From NCBI GenBank assembly GCA_043810775.1, contig JBDRNU010000015.1, positions 52,555 through 116,554 of the forward strand: a stretch of 64,000 bases of DNA, written 5' to 3'. Numbering within the stretch: position 1 is the stretch's first letter; each line of letters opens with the position of its first letter. The DNA is from an archaeon (GTDB lineage Archaea > Nanobdellota > Nanobdellia > Pacearchaeales > GW2011-AR1). The notes beneath the pieces were generated by a model that searched no databases, had not been told where the DNA came from, and saw nothing but the letters and a program-made list of their open reading frames with translations. Position numbers and translations under genes: made by a program. Shown here one piece after another: positions 20,649 through 30,560 of this stretch.

Positions 20649-20731
20649 TTCTTCTATACTTTATAGATCTTTTTAAACTTTCTTGTAAGAACTAGGTTTG
20701 AAAGTTTGCCTGCTGCTAATAATTAAAAAAT

Positions 20732-21022
20732 TCAACCAAATAGTGCAGACAAACCTTCTGCTGCTTCTTCTGCTTTTTCTTCAGTCTTTTCTGACTTCTC
20801 TTCAGTCTTTTCTGCCGGTCCGCCAGAAGCAGGTGCCACAGCTACTAATGACGCAGATTCTAATTCTTTATCAATATCTACATCTTTCAAGCTTGCAATT
20901 AAAGTCTTTACTTTTGCTTCATCAACTTCTGACCCAGTCGCCGATATCACTTTCTTTAAATTTGTTTCATTTACTGCTTGTCCAGTTTTATGCAATAGCA
21001 AAGCCCCATATACGTATTCCAT
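20732..21022 (-). CDS. rpl12: 50S ribosomal stalk protein P1 (L12e)
   Basis: 96 aa; Ala/Glu-rich C-terminus ending EEAAEGLSALFG. Confidence 0.85.
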   Translation of the reverse strand: MEYVYGALLLHKTGQAVNETNLKKVISATGSEVDEAKVKTLIASLKDVDIDKELESASLVAVAPASGGPAEKTEEKSEKTEEKAEEAAEGLSALFG

Positions 21023-21901
21023 TTAATTTTCCTCCGGTTTATTTTCTTGAGTATTTTCTTCAGCTGCTTTCTCCTCAGCTTCATTTTCTTGTTTAGATTC
21101 TTCCTTAATATCTTCTTTTTTATCGACTTCTGATAATTTTTCCAAGGCTCTCTCATGCATTCCTGCCTTTTGTATTAAGAAAGAAATAGTATCTTTGCTT
21201 GGGTATACTATTTCCACAGCAAAAGCTAAAGCTTTCGCATAAGTATTTTTAATTTCTTCAAGAGCACTTTCTTTATCAATTTTGATTCCTACATAAACTT
21301 TTTTTTCTTTATTATCATAAGCAACTAGAGGTTCAAATCCAACATGGAAGGGCTTAATATCAAGCTTAGCCATTATACTTGCAGCAGAAGTGTTTATTTT
21401 TTCTCCTTTCTTTACAATTATTTTTGCTTTTTTAATATTAATCTTGCCATCTTCAATTGCAATCTGTATGCCTAAACTACCTAACTCACTTATTACGGGT
21501 CCTGGAGTAAGTTCAGTTGGGCCTTCTTCTATTTCTATATCCTCAGGAGCTTCCTGCCCAATTTTTGCCTTTGCAGGAGTAGTATTTTCAGAAAGGGTCG
21601 AGGATAAATCAAAAGGGTCTATATCAGAAAATAATAAAGCAACATCTTCCTTAATATATTCTTTAATATTCTTAATAGCCCCAATATCTATACTATCTAT
21701 AGCCCTTAAAATGGCACTTTTTTTCACAACTTTGACTTTTGCATGATCTTTTATCTTATTTTTAATTATCTGAAACTGCTTTCCAGGCAGGCTTTTTATG
21801 GAAGCTATGAGAAAACAATTACTCTCTTTTATAAGTTTAACTAAGTCTTCTATTTCTTTAATCTTTTTTTTAGGAATATCTTTTAATCTGTGTTTATTCA
21901 T
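21023..21901 (-). CDS. rpl10: 50S ribosomal protein L10 (P0)
   Basis: 292 aa; acidic E/K-rich C-terminal tail; adjacent to L12e and L1. Confidence 0.8.
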   Translation of the reverse strand: MNKHRLKDIPKKKIKEIEDLVKLIKESNCFLIASIKSLPGKQFQIIKNKIKDHAKVKVVKKSAILRAIDSIDIGAIKNIKEYIKEDVALLFSDIDPFDLSSTLSENTTPAKAKIGQEAPEDIEIEEGPTELTPGPVISELGSLGIQIAIEDGKINIKKAKIIVKKGEKINTSAASIMAKLDIKPFHVGFEPLVAYDNKEKKVYVGIKIDKESALEEIKNTYAKALAFAVEIVYPSKDTISFLIQKAGMHERALEKLSEVDKKEDIKEESKQENEAEEKAAEENTQENKPEEN

Positions 21902-22542
21902 TGCTTTATCTCTCCAACTAATTTTATTGGTTTTGACATTGTCAGTTTAATCATAACATTTTTTATGTTCTCTTTCTTTCTTGGTAGGACATTAATTATT
22001 GAGTTAAATACAAATACTAAATTATCAACAATTTCCTCATCTTTCATATTTTGATTAGCTACACTTAATTTAATACTAGGCTCTTTACTTCTTACTTTTA
22101 AAATTTTATCGAACTTTTTCAAAGCATCTTTTATTGAAGATTCATCATCTTGAGCGATAATTCCTAGCTGAGGAGTAGGCATCTTTCCACTAGGACCTAA
22201 ATATTTACCAAAATTTGTTGCAATTTCAGGCATGAGTTTTGCAGAAGCTATGAAAAAATCATATTTTTTCACAAGTTTTTTGATTTCTTTTTTGTCTTTA
22301 TATTTTTCAAATTCAGCTTTAGTTATGCTATCTATATGATTACTTTTATTATTTAGAAAACCAGCAACTTTTGCGTCTTTAATTTTGAAAGGAAGAATTA
22401 ATACTAAATTCACACTTTCTCTTCTTATATCAAAATTTCTTAAATTTACAATTAAATCTACAGATTGATTAAATTTTCTTTTCTTGCTTTTATTCTCATC
22501 TTTTAGCTCTTTAATAGCTTTCAAAAAAACTTCTTTGTTCAT
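21898..22542 (-). CDS. rpl1: 50S ribosomal protein L1
   Basis: 214 aa; FNQSVDLIVNLRNFD...VLILPFKIKDAKVAGF matches the L1 core. Confidence 0.8.
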   Translation of the reverse strand: MNKEVFLKAIKELKDENKSKKRKFNQSVDLIVNLRNFDIRRESVNLVLILPFKIKDAKVAGFLNNKSNHIDSITKAEFEKYKDKKEIKKLVKKYDFFIASAKLMPEIATNFGKYLGPSGKMPTPQLGIIAQDDESSIKDALKKFDKILKVRSKEPSIKLSVANQNMKDEEIVDNLVFVFNSIINVLPRKKENIKNVMIKLTMSKPIKLVGEIKQ

Positions 22543-22656
22543 TCTTACCTCCTACATTATAAACTTGGATCATAGAAAATATCTCCAAATTATGTAGTTT
22601 TCCGGTACATAAGCATAAAAAATAAGGTTTATAAATTTAATGCTTTTTTATTTAAA

Positions 22657-23460
22657 ATGAAAATAAAAGAAATTATTGTATCTTCCTGTATGAATAAAAG
22701 CAAAATAAAAGATTATGTGATTAATCCTTATACTGGTTGTGAGCATGGTTGCAAGTATTGTTACGCTATTTTTATGAAAAAATACCAGAATATCAAGGAT
22801 AAATGGGGGGAATTTATCTATGTTAAAAAGAACTGTCCAGAATTATTAGAGAAAGAGCTTAAAAAAAATCCTCCAGGTCATATTTGGATAAGTAGTGTTA
22901 CTGATCCTTATTCCCCTGTTGAGTCAAAGTACAAAATGACTAGGAAAATTTTAGAAGTCATTTCTAAATCCCCTCACAAAAACAAATTTAGTTTTGAGAT
23001 TCTTTCAAAATCGACTTTAGTTGAAAGAGATTTTGATTTGATTAAAGAAATTGGCATTGAATTAGGCATGTCTATAAATAATTTAGATAAAAATATATCT
23101 AAATTGATTGAACCAGGCGCTCCCCCTCCACTAGATAGAATTGAAACTTTGAAGAAAGCAAAAGAATATGGTATAAAAGTTTTTGGTTTCATATCTCCAG
23201 TCTTGCCAGGAATTACAAATTTAGATGAAATCTTCCGCGAATTAAAATTTTGCGATTTTGTTTATGTCGAAGTGTTAAATACGAGATCTAATGGTGTGAA
23301 AAGATTAATCCCCTTATTAAGAAAAAAATTTCCCAGCACCCTTAAAAAAATTGAATATGCTAAAAATAACAGTGATAAATACTATAATCAAATAAAAAAA
23401 GAAGCTGAATTGTTAAGTAAGAAATATTCCATAAATCTCCAGGCAGTTATTTATCACTAA
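22657..23460 (+). CDS. radical SAM protein (SPL/photolyase-like family)
   Basis: 267 aa; CEHGCKYC forms a CX3CX2C cluster motif near the N-terminus. Confidence 0.55.
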   Translation: MKIKEIIVSSCMNKSKIKDYVINPYTGCEHGCKYCYAIFMKKYQNIKDKWGEFIYVKKNCPELLEKELKKNPPGHIWISSVTDPYSPVESKYKMTRKILEVISKSPHKNKFSFEILSKSTLVERDFDLIKEIGIELGMSINNLDKNISKLIEPGAPPPLDRIETLKKAKEYGIKVFGFISPVLPGITNLDEIFRELKFCDFVYVEVLNTRSNGVKRLIPLLRKKFPSTLKKIEYAKNNSDKYYNQIKKEAELLSKKYSINLQAVIYH

Positions 23461-23906
23461 TTTCTTTCCAATTCTCCAAGATACTCTTTTATCCTGTCTA
23501 TAGTTTGAGGGATTAGGAATTTTTCAATTTTATTTTGAAAAATTTCATTTAAAGATTCAAATTCAGCTAAATTGTAAAGATTTTCCTTTTTTTCAATTAA
23601 CATCATATCTCTTAGTCTTTTTAACTGTCTTCTTATATTACTCTCTGCAACTCCTTTTAGTTCTAGATGATGTTTTTTTCTACTTCCTTCCACTTCTTCT
23701 TTAATATTATCACTAGTAAGCTGCTTTTTCTGCTTTCTTGCATCTTCAAGAACAAGAAGAATATCCACAATCACATCTCTTCCATCACCTGGTTGCAATA
23801 AACCTAGTGATAAGCAAATTTTTTTCATTACTTCTCTTCTATCTTTTTGATAAGGTTTTTCATATTTTCTTAAGATAATTTCTGCTAAAGGTGTATCTCT
23901 TGCCAT
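23457..23906 (-). CDS. hypothetical protein
   Basis: 149-aa charged ORF. Confidence 0.3.
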   Translation of the reverse strand: MARDTPLAEIILRKYEKPYQKDRREVMKKICLSLGLLQPGDGRDVIVDILLVLEDARKQKKQLTSDNIKEEVEGSRKKHHLELKGVAESNIRRQLKRLRDMMLIEKKENLYNLAEFESLNEIFQNKIEKFLIPQTIDRIKEYLGELERN

Positions 23907-23956
23907 ATCTTTCTTAGCACATAAATACTTATAAATATATCCTAATTATTCAAGTT

Positions 23957-24307
23957 ATGGAACTCGTAGCATTATTATCGTCTGGAAAAGGGACATGGGG
24001 GCAAGTTGCTGGTTTAGTAAATAGGGGTGAATGGGATAATATAATTCTTATTGGAAGCGATTTTGCTGAGAAGTTTTCACTAGATAAAAAACACGAATTT
24101 ATAAAAGTCAATACAAATCAAGGTTTAGTCGAACTAAAACAAGATTTAGCTAAAAAATTAAATGGAAAAATTAATGGAACTGAAGTTGGGTTAAGTATTG
24201 CTTCTGGTGATGGGAAGGAGCATATGGCTTTGATATCTGCCTTATTATCTTTGCCTGTAGGAATTAGATTTGTAGCTTTAACTAAAGATGGTGTAGTCTA
24301 CTTATAG
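23957..24307 (+). CDS. hypothetical protein
   Basis: 116-aa ORF. Confidence 0.3.
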   Translation: MELVALLSSGKGTWGQVAGLVNRGEWDNIILIGSDFAEKFSLDKKHEFIKVNTNQGLVELKQDLAKKLNGKINGTEVGLSIASGDGKEHMALISALLSLPVGIRFVALTKDGVVYL

Positions 24308-24341
24308 GAAATTTTTTATATTTCTTTAATCTTTAATTAAA

Positions 24342-24749
24342 ATGAAATCACACAATAAAATAGCTGGAATTATTATAAGAGATAAAAGACTTTTAATGGT
24401 CAGAAAATATGGAGAACCTCATTTTATTATGCCTGGAGGTCAATTAAAATCAGGCGAGACTATAAGAAAAGCCTTAGAAAGAGAGTTAGAAGAAGAGCTT
24501 GACGTTAAATTAATTTCAATGGATAATCGCCCTTACGGGGTTTGGGAAGCTCCCCATTTCCAAGATCAAGATAAAATTGTAAGAATGGAAACTTATTTTG
24601 TGGAAATTGAAGGGAATCCAGTAAAAACAAGTGAGATTGATGAGATTAGGTGGGTTTCTAGCTCTTATGCTCAAGAAGGAATAGTGGTCGCATCAATAAA
24701 TCAAGATTGTTTAATTCCAAAACTTTTAAAAGATAGTTTCATAATTTAA
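24342..24749 (+). CDS. NUDIX hydrolase
   Basis: 135 aa; Nudix box GGQLKSGETIRKALERELEEELDV. Confidence 0.8.
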   Translation: MKSHNKIAGIIIRDKRLLMVRKYGEPHFIMPGGQLKSGETIRKALERELEEELDVKLISMDNRPYGVWEAPHFQDQDKIVRMETYFVEIEGNPVKTSEIDEIRWVSSSYAQEGIVVASINQDCLIPKLLKDSFII

Positions 24750-25696
24750 ATTTCATTCTTTTTAATCTTCATTTTTCTCTTGTCTTTTCCAATTAAAACT
24801 ACCCTGCTTTCAATTTTCTCGTCGAGAATCTTATATTTTGGCAATAAATTCACAAGTTTTTCAGCAAAATCTTTAATTTCTTTATGAGTGGGCATTCTTT
24901 CATAACCTAGTCTTTTCCTCGAAAATCCAACACTCATAAATCCTTTAACTTCAACAAAATCTGGAGATGCCTTTAAAATTAGTTTTGCATAATCTTTTTC
25001 ATTTTCCATATTAAGTTTTCTAACTAAAGTCATTCTTAGAACTTTTCTTGTTTTTAATTTAGGAAGTAGTTCAAGAGTCTCATTAAATTTCATCCAAGCA
25101 CTCTTAATTTTATTTCTAGTTAATTTTCTAAATATTTTTTCATTAGGATAGTTTAAGGAAATATAAATCTGAGTAGGCAATTGTTTATTTTTTTGCAATA
25201 ATTTCAATTTTTCAGGAAGCAAACCATTGGTGACAAGAAAGCTAGTTAATTTTCTTTTCCTCAATTCCCCTATAAATTTCCCTAGTTTAGAATATATAGT
25301 TGGCTCGCCCGAAAGAGAAATAGCAAAATTTTTTGGAGTTTGAGCTTCTCTAAATTTTTTCATGTTAATTTTCTTATTTCCTTTAAAACCAGAAATCATC
25401 TTTCTTTGAGCCCTAATCAGTTCCTCTATAATTTTTTTCGGATCATCTAATTCAAGTGTTATTTTATCTCCTAAAGTGTATTCAATAGCTCGCCAGCAAT
25501 GAAGACACTTATTTTGGCACCACATAACTGCTGGACTACACTGGCAGCACTGATGACTTTTTATCCCATAAAATTTTTCTTTATAGCATTCTCCCTCATC
25601 AATTAAACTTTTTTTTGTCCATCTGCACACTTGCAATGCTGAGTGATTTCCAATTAAAGCATAATGCTGAGATTTTAGTATATCTTTGTATTTCAT
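24746..25696 (-). CDS. radical SAM enzyme, TYW1/Taw1-like (tRNA 4-demethylwyosine synthase family)
   Basis: 316 aa. CQNKCLHC forms a CX3CX2C motif, an additional N-terminal Cys cluster is present, and ISLSGEPTIY is a SAM-binding motif. Confidence 0.5.
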   Translation of the reverse strand: MKYKDILKSQHYALIGNHSALQVCRWTKKSLIDEGECYKEKFYGIKSHQCCQCSPAVMWCQNKCLHCWRAIEYTLGDKITLELDDPKKIIEELIRAQRKMISGFKGNKKINMKKFREAQTPKNFAISLSGEPTIYSKLGKFIGELRKRKLTSFLVTNGLLPEKLKLLQKNKQLPTQIYISLNYPNEKIFRKLTRNKIKSAWMKFNETLELLPKLKTRKVLRMTLVRKLNMENEKDYAKLILKASPDFVEVKGFMSVGFSRKRLGYERMPTHKEIKDFAEKLVNLLPKYKILDEKIESRVVLIGKDKRKMKIKKNEI

Positions 25697-25932
25697 AAAA
25701 AAATAAAAAATAATAAAAATTTAAACCTTTCTGAAGAAGAGCTTAATAAAAAACTAAATTTAATATAAAAAAATAAAAAATAAAAAAGTTAGATTAATTA
25801 TCTCTTCTTCTTTTTCTTTGCTGCTTTTTTCTTTTTTGCCATTTTAACCTCTTTTATTGAATTTATGTTAATTAATTCAAGATTTTTTTATTTAAATATC
25901 TTTCTGTTGCAAAAATTTTTTCCAAAAATTTA

Positions 25933-26003
25933 TGGACTGGCCGGGAATTGAACCCAGATATCTGCTATGCAAAAGCAGAAGTTTGTCGTTAGCTTACCAG
26001 CCC
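25933..26003 (-). tRNA. tRNA-Ala(UGC)
   Basis: Manual fold gives acceptor GGGCUGG/CCAGUCC with a G3:U70 pair and discriminator A. The anticodon stem CUGCU/AGCAG carries loop UUUGCAU, and the T-arm is CUGGG-UUCAAUU-CCCGG. The D-arm is atypical: it has no GG and an imperfect stem. Confidence 0.65.
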
Positions 26004-26007
26004 AGAT

Positions 26008-27402
26008 TCAAAAAAAGTTAATCGCCCAAATAAACATTAAGACAAGGATTAAAAATAGAATCAAATAAGTCGCTGCAGCGAATGCTTTTTTAGCTTTGTC
26101 ATCTGATTTAGTCAAGAACAAGACAGTGAGATAAAAAACTCTTCCACCATCGAAGATTCCAACAGGAAGCATATTAACTAGTGCAACTGATATATTAATC
26201 AAAACAATCCACCATATTAAATTATAAATAAATGTAACTAAATCAGGATTAAATTTTGGAGTATAGTTGATGTTTGGATTTTTAAAGAAAGATAATTTTT
26301 CGCGCAATTTTCCAAAAATTCCCCCACTATTAATTTTAATTAAAGCAATTCCAATATAAGGCATACTTGAATTATTTGGGTGCTCCTCAAGAGTTATATT
26401 AAATTCATGAATACTGAGAGAATCATTGATTAATGTTTTAATAGTAATTTTATCATTAGGTTGATATTTTGAAATTTGAGAGCTTAAGTCATCAGTATTA
26501 CTTATTTTTTTGCCATCAATTTCTACTATAACTCCTCTTAAATTATTTCTTAACGCTGGAGTATCTTCATATGCTATGATTTGTTTCGAACTTAAATTGT
26601 ATTCATTTTCATCAACAAAATATTTTTTTCCACTAATTTCAATTTCAGTTAAGGAGATATTCCCATCAACTATAAAATCAGTTTCACCTATAATAGAAGT
26701 TATATCAGCTGTATTAATTAAATCAGCTGAGTATGAATTGATAATAACTCCTGATGATATGACGGTTGAAGCAAAGAACAGCCATAATAAAATAAAAAAC
26801 ACAAAACCTGTAATTAGGTTTGCAAAACTTCCAGCCCCTAAAATGGCAAGTTGATTTTTAATACTTATTTTCTGCATTTTTTTCTCATCTGGCTCAACAA
26901 ATGCGGCTAACAATGGCCCAAGAAAACCAAAACCAGTGGATTTTATTTTTAGTTTACTGAACTTAGCGAATATTCCATGTGAGAATTCATGGACAGCTGC
27001 GATTATAGCAATGCTAATTATCCAATAGGTAAAATAAAACATTGGTAAAAAGTCTACTTTGAAGATACTTGGAAGATAAGGTATCAAAGGAGCAATAGGT
27101 GGTATCTTAACTTCTTTTACAAATAAAGGCAGTTTAATATAAATATAGAGTATTTGAAATAATAAAATGATCATAACTATCATCATAATATATCCAAAGA
27201 ATATTACAAAATATCTCAGTTTTGAAATAACTTTAGGGTATTTTGTTCCAATATAATTAATAAATCTTATCCCCACTTTTGTCCTATAAAGATAGAGGAT
27301 TCCCTCTCTTTCCAATTTCTTTCTTCTAATAATAAGAAATATAGCTATAGCTATGGTAAATATTACTAAAAAAGTTAAATCATAAAATATGATACTCCTC
27401 AT
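26008..27402 (-). CDS. site-2 protease family (M50) membrane zinc metalloprotease
   Basis: 464 aa, polytopic. HEFSH gives an HExxH motif inside a TM helix; NMLPVGIFDGGRV gives the second M50 LDG motif. Confidence 0.7.
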   Translation of the reverse strand: MRSIIFYDLTFLVIFTIAIAIFLIIRRKKLEREGILYLYRTKVGIRFINYIGTKYPKVISKLRYFVIFFGYIMMIVMIILLFQILYIYIKLPLFVKEVKIPPIAPLIPYLPSIFKVDFLPMFYFTYWIISIAIIAAVHEFSHGIFAKFSKLKIKSTGFGFLGPLLAAFVEPDEKKMQKISIKNQLAILGAGSFANLITGFVFFILLWLFFASTVISSGVIINSYSADLINTADITSIIGETDFIVDGNISLTEIEISGKKYFVDENEYNLSSKQIIAYEDTPALRNNLRGVIVEIDGKKISNTDDLSSQISKYQPNDKITIKTLINDSLSIHEFNITLEEHPNNSSMPYIGIALIKINSGGIFGKLREKLSFFKNPNINYTPKFNPDLVTFIYNLIWWIVLINISVALVNMLPVGIFDGGRVFYLTVLFLTKSDDKAKKAFAAATYLILFLILVLMFIWAINFF

Positions 27403-27405
27403 TTT

Positions 27406-27570
27406 TTATTTTTTACTCTTAGCAGGTCTAAATGCTTTTGCCCTACACTTTCTACACTTCACTTTTTTTTCAATTATTTTTCTAGGTTCAGATCTCTGTT
27501 TAGATCCACACTTCTTGCAGACAAACATATTTTTATAAAGTCTAGCTTGCGCAGCTTGTATCTTTGCCAT
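27406..27570 (-). CDS. rpl40e: 50S ribosomal protein L40e
   Basis: Not in the ORF track (54 aa). Translation is MAKIQAAQARLYKNMFVCKKCGSKQRSEPRKIIEKKVKCRKCRAKAFRPAKSKK, with a CxxC...CRKC zinc ribbon and a basic tail. Confidence 0.7.
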   Translation of the reverse strand: MAKIQAAQARLYKNMFVCKKCGSKQRSEPRKIIEKKVKCRKCRAKAFRPAKSKK

Positions 27571-27574
27571 GTTT

Positions 27575-27964
27575 TTATATCTTCCTCTTGATTATTTTTT
27601 TCCCATCAACAACCCAGTATTCTACTTGATTTCCTTCTTTAATTTCTTCATTCATATCTTCTGGGATGTTAACTTCAAAGTTTTCATAACTATCAGTATC
27701 CATAACATTTGCAGTTTTTTCTGAAATAGATAATATTTGCGCGCGATTTTTATCAATCATAGGAACTTCAAATCTTTGACTTCCAGGTACAGCAACTATC
27801 CTTTTCTTACCATCCATTATACCTATGGCTTCAATCCTACATTTACTTGCCCCATGCTTTCCTGTTTTACTTACATCCATAGACTTAACTGTACAAGGAT
27901 TTCCGTCTATAATTATACTTACACCTGGTTTCGCCTCTGTTGCATCAATAAGTTTAAAAGTCAT
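27575..27964 (-). CDS. translation initiation factor 5A (aIF-5A)
   Basis: 129 aa; hypusination loop SKTGKHGASK. Confidence 0.85.
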   Translation of the reverse strand: MTFKLIDATEAKPGVSIIIDGNPCTVKSMDVSKTGKHGASKCRIEAIGIMDGKKRIVAVPGSQRFEVPMIDKNRAQILSISEKTANVMDTDSYENFEVNIPEDMNEEIKEGNQVEYWVVDGKKIIKRKI

Positions 27965-28014
27965 ATTTTCAAAAGAAGAAATACATTTATAAAGCTTCCC
28001 TTTATCAATTTTTT

Positions 28015-28671
28015 ATGCTAAAGGAAAAAGATTTTATTGAGTTAGAATTTACTGGAAGAGTTAAGAATGGGGAAATTTTTGATACAAATATAAAAGAAGA
28101 AGCAAAAAAAATAGATCTTGATATAAATACTCGCCCACTTATAACATGTTTAGGTCAGAATATGATTCTTCCGGCAATTGATAAATTTCTAGTTGGAAAG
28201 GAAGTAAACAAAAAATATGAGCTTGATTTAAAACCAGAAGAAGCATTTGGTGCAAGAAATCGAGAATTGATTAAAACAATGCCTATGTCTGTGTTCAAGG
28301 AACAGCAAGTAGCTCCAAAACCGGGAATGATATTCCAATTTGATACTATGATGGGGAGAATATCCGCAGTAAGTGGTGGAAGAGTGATTGTTGATTTCAA
28401 TAATCCTCTAGCAGGAAAAGAAGTTTCTTATAGTTTAGAAGTAAAAAGAAAAGTTGAAGATATTAATGAAAAAACTAAATCAATTATAAATTTTTTATTT
28501 AAGCAAGACATCCCATTTAAAATTGAAGAAAAGAAACTTATAATTGAAGGCGAAAAAAGCATCATTGGTTTTGTTCAAATGTTTAATGAAAAATTTAAAG
28601 AAATTCTTGATTTGGAACTAGAAACTAAGGAAATTAAACTTTCCAATCAAGAAAGTGCAAGCAATAACTAA
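28015..28671 (+). CDS. FKBP-type peptidyl-prolyl cis-trans isomerase (long archaeal type)
   Basis: 218 aa; pattern FTGRVKNGEIFDTN...GQNMILPAIDKFLVGKEV...EEAFGAR is typical of archaeal FKBP. Confidence 0.7.
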   Translation: MLKEKDFIELEFTGRVKNGEIFDTNIKEEAKKIDLDINTRPLITCLGQNMILPAIDKFLVGKEVNKKYELDLKPEEAFGARNRELIKTMPMSVFKEQQVAPKPGMIFQFDTMMGRISAVSGGRVIVDFNNPLAGKEVSYSLEVKRKVEDINEKTKSIINFLFKQDIPFKIEEKKLIIEGEKSIIGFVQMFNEKFKEILDLELETKEIKLSNQESASNN

Positions 28672-28727
28672 AAATATATACACCATTTCACAATAATCCT
28701 TAAATACTTCTAAAATTAACCTTTAAA

Positions 28728-29825
28728 ATGGCAGAATTTATTAAAAGAGATGAAGCAGACATCAATCCTGAAGTTCTTGAAATTGACCGTGAATTAGAGG
28801 AACTTTTGAAAAAACAGAGCGCTAAAGTTAAAGTAGTAGGGGTAGGTGGTGGTGGTGGAAATACTTTATCAAGGATGAAAGAAATTGGAATAAAAGGTAG
28901 TGAACTTATAGCCATCAATACAGATGCTCAAGATTTATTGTATACTTCTGCAGATTATAAAATATTAATTGGTCGCGAATTAACAAGAGGGCTTGGAGCA
29001 GGATCTAATCCTAAAGTTGGAGAAGAAGCTGCCCGTGAATCTGAGCACGAAATCAAGAAAAGAATTTCAGGAGCCGATATGGTATTTATAACGTGTGGGC
29101 TTGGAGGGGGAACAGGAACTGGCGCGGCTCCGATAGTTGCTGAAGCAGCGAAAAAACAAGGAGCTCTTACTATAGGTATAGTAACTCTCCCTTTTACAAT
29201 TGAAGGAAGGAAAAGAATTGAAAATTCAGTATATGGTTTAGAAAGAATGGAGTCTGTTGTTGATACTTTAATAGTAATACCTAATGATAAATTACTTGAA
29301 CTTGCTCCTGAATTACCCCTCCATACTGCATTCAAAGTTGCAGATGAAATTTTAACTAATGCAGTAAAAGGAACAACTGAGCTAGTAACAAAAACAGGAC
29401 TTGTTAATCTGGATTTTGCAGATATAAAATCAGTAATGGTAGATGGTGGAGTTTCTCTTATTGGTATGGGGGAGGCTGATTCTCAGAATCGTGCAATTGA
29501 AGCAGTTGAGAAAGCTTTACAAAATCCTCTGTTGGATGTTGATGTAAGTAATGCTTCTGGAGCTTTAGTAAATATTATTGGGGGCCCTGATTTAAGCCTA
29601 GATGAATCTAAGAGTATAATAGAATTTGTAGGTAATAAATTGGGAGATGACGCAAAAATGATCTGGGGTGCACAAATTTCTGAAGATATGGAAAAATCAA
29701 TAAGAGTAATGTTAATAATAACTGGTGTAAAATCAAGTCAGATTCTTGGCAAAGGTGAAACTTCAGAAGAAAAGCGGCAAAAAGATATTGAAGAAGAGCT
29801 TGGGATTGAATTTTATGAAGAATAG
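28728..29825 (+). CDS. ftsZ: cell division GTPase FtsZ
   Basis: 365 aa; GVGGGGGNT and tubulin signature GLGGGTGTGAAP. Confidence 0.9.
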   Translation: MAEFIKRDEADINPEVLEIDRELEELLKKQSAKVKVVGVGGGGGNTLSRMKEIGIKGSELIAINTDAQDLLYTSADYKILIGRELTRGLGAGSNPKVGEEAARESEHEIKKRISGADMVFITCGLGGGTGTGAAPIVAEAAKKQGALTIGIVTLPFTIEGRKRIENSVYGLERMESVVDTLIVIPNDKLLELAPELPLHTAFKVADEILTNAVKGTTELVTKTGLVNLDFADIKSVMVDGGVSLIGMGEADSQNRAIEAVEKALQNPLLDVDVSNASGALVNIIGGPDLSLDESKSIIEFVGNKLGDDAKMIWGAQISEDMEKSIRVMLIITGVKSSQILGKGETSEEKRQKDIEEELGIEFYEE

Positions 29826-29855
29826 ATTTAAAAACCAAATTTCTTTATTTAGTTT

Positions 29856-30032
29856 ATGACAATTAAACAAAATTTAACATCATTTCTGGTGAAATGCAAA
29901 AGAGTGTGGCATATACTCAAAAAACCAGATAAAAAAGAATTTTCAACTATATTAAAAGTTTCAGCAATTGGCATTCTTGCAATTGGAATACTCGGCTTCA
30001 TAATAGCTATAATCATGAGTATATTTAATTAG
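29856..30032 (+). CDS. secE: protein translocase subunit SecE (Sec61 gamma)
   Basis: Not in the ORF track (58 aa). Translation is MTIKQNLTSFLVKCKRVWHILKKPDKKEFSTILKVSAIGILAIGILGFIIAIIMSIFN. Has a single C-terminal TM helix and sits in the conserved position between ftsZ and spt5. Confidence 0.7.
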   Translation: MTIKQNLTSFLVKCKRVWHILKKPDKKEFSTILKVSAIGILAIGILGFIIAIIMSIFN

Positions 30033-30393
30033 ATTTTTCAGCTTCTTCAATAGAAATTATATTATCTTCTTTTCCAGGTTGATATTTATCTAGGATTTTA
30101 GTTTTAACTTCATTAAATGCTTCTTCAATATCTACATTTAATTGATTAGCCAATCTGCATAATCCAAAAAACAAATCTCCAATTCCATCCCGAAATACTT
30201 CTTTATTCTCATAAACAATTTTAATCTTTTCTTCTTCTGATTTATATCTTAAATACTGACTCATCTCTATTAACTCTTCGTGTAAATGATCAAATTTATC
30301 AATATTTGGATTATCTTGCCATCCATTCCTATTAGCAAATGCTTTAACAAGCTCTTGTGCCTCTTTTATAGACTTAATATTCTTATTTTCCAT
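30025..30393 (-). CDS. MazG-like nucleotide pyrophosphohydrolase
   Basis: 122 aa; EExxE motif in HEELIEM, within an all-alpha MazG-like region. Confidence 0.5.
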   Translation of the reverse strand: MENKNIKSIKEAQELVKAFANRNGWQDNPNIDKFDHLHEELIEMSQYLRYKSEEEKIKIVYENKEVFRDGIGDLFFGLCRLANQLNVDIEEAFNEVKTKILDKYQPGKEDNIISIEEAEKSN

Positions 30394-30427
30394 AAATAAG
30401 CATCATTTACATAAATATAAATTTTTT

Positions 30428-30442
30428 GGAAAAATTTATAAA
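30428..30442 (+). promoter_or_regulatory. candidate BRE/TATA (ggaaaaaTTTATAAA) for the spt5-rpl11 transcript
   Basis: A purine-rich BRE-like stretch plus TTTATAAA lies about 120 nt upstream of the spt5 ATG. Confidence 0.3.
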
Positions 30443-30560
30443 CCCTCATTTTTTACTATTTATAACTACTTCTAATAATTAGGAGTCAGTTGGGCCAAGC
30501 AACTTCACAAGACTAAAATTAAGATAAATGATAAGTGAGGTTGCGAGTTGAGGATAAAAA

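Noticed and set aside
20698-21156. 132-aa Leu-rich plus-strand ORF and 61-aa minus ORF overlapping the L12e/L10 genes
   Set aside because: They overlap strongly conserved ribosomal stalk genes; the Leu-rich product reflects antisense translation of the Glu/Lys-rich coding sequence.
25797-25841. Tiny minus-strand ORF encoding MAKKKKAAKKKKKR (L41e-like?) in the AT-rich spacer near tRNA-Ala
   Set aside because: At 14 aa it is too short, and purely poly-Lys rather than Arg/Lys-mixed like L41e. It is probably chance in an A/T-rich low-complexity spacer.
25697-25932. AT-rich low-complexity spacer (aaaaataaaaaa motifs), considered as possible CRISPR/repeat array
   Set aside because: No regularly spaced direct repeats of 24-40 nt are present, only homopolymeric A/T runs consistent with promoter/terminator spacers. 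No CRISPR array is seen anywhere in the window.
30394-30560. 167-nt spacer upstream of spt5 containing a GTTGGGCCAAGCAAC hairpin, considered as an ncRNA or L1/L11 autoregulatory leader
   Set aside because: It has only a short 4-bp stem and no recognisable L1-binding mimic. The L1 gene is not even in this operon. It is treated as an ordinary promoter/5' UTR region.
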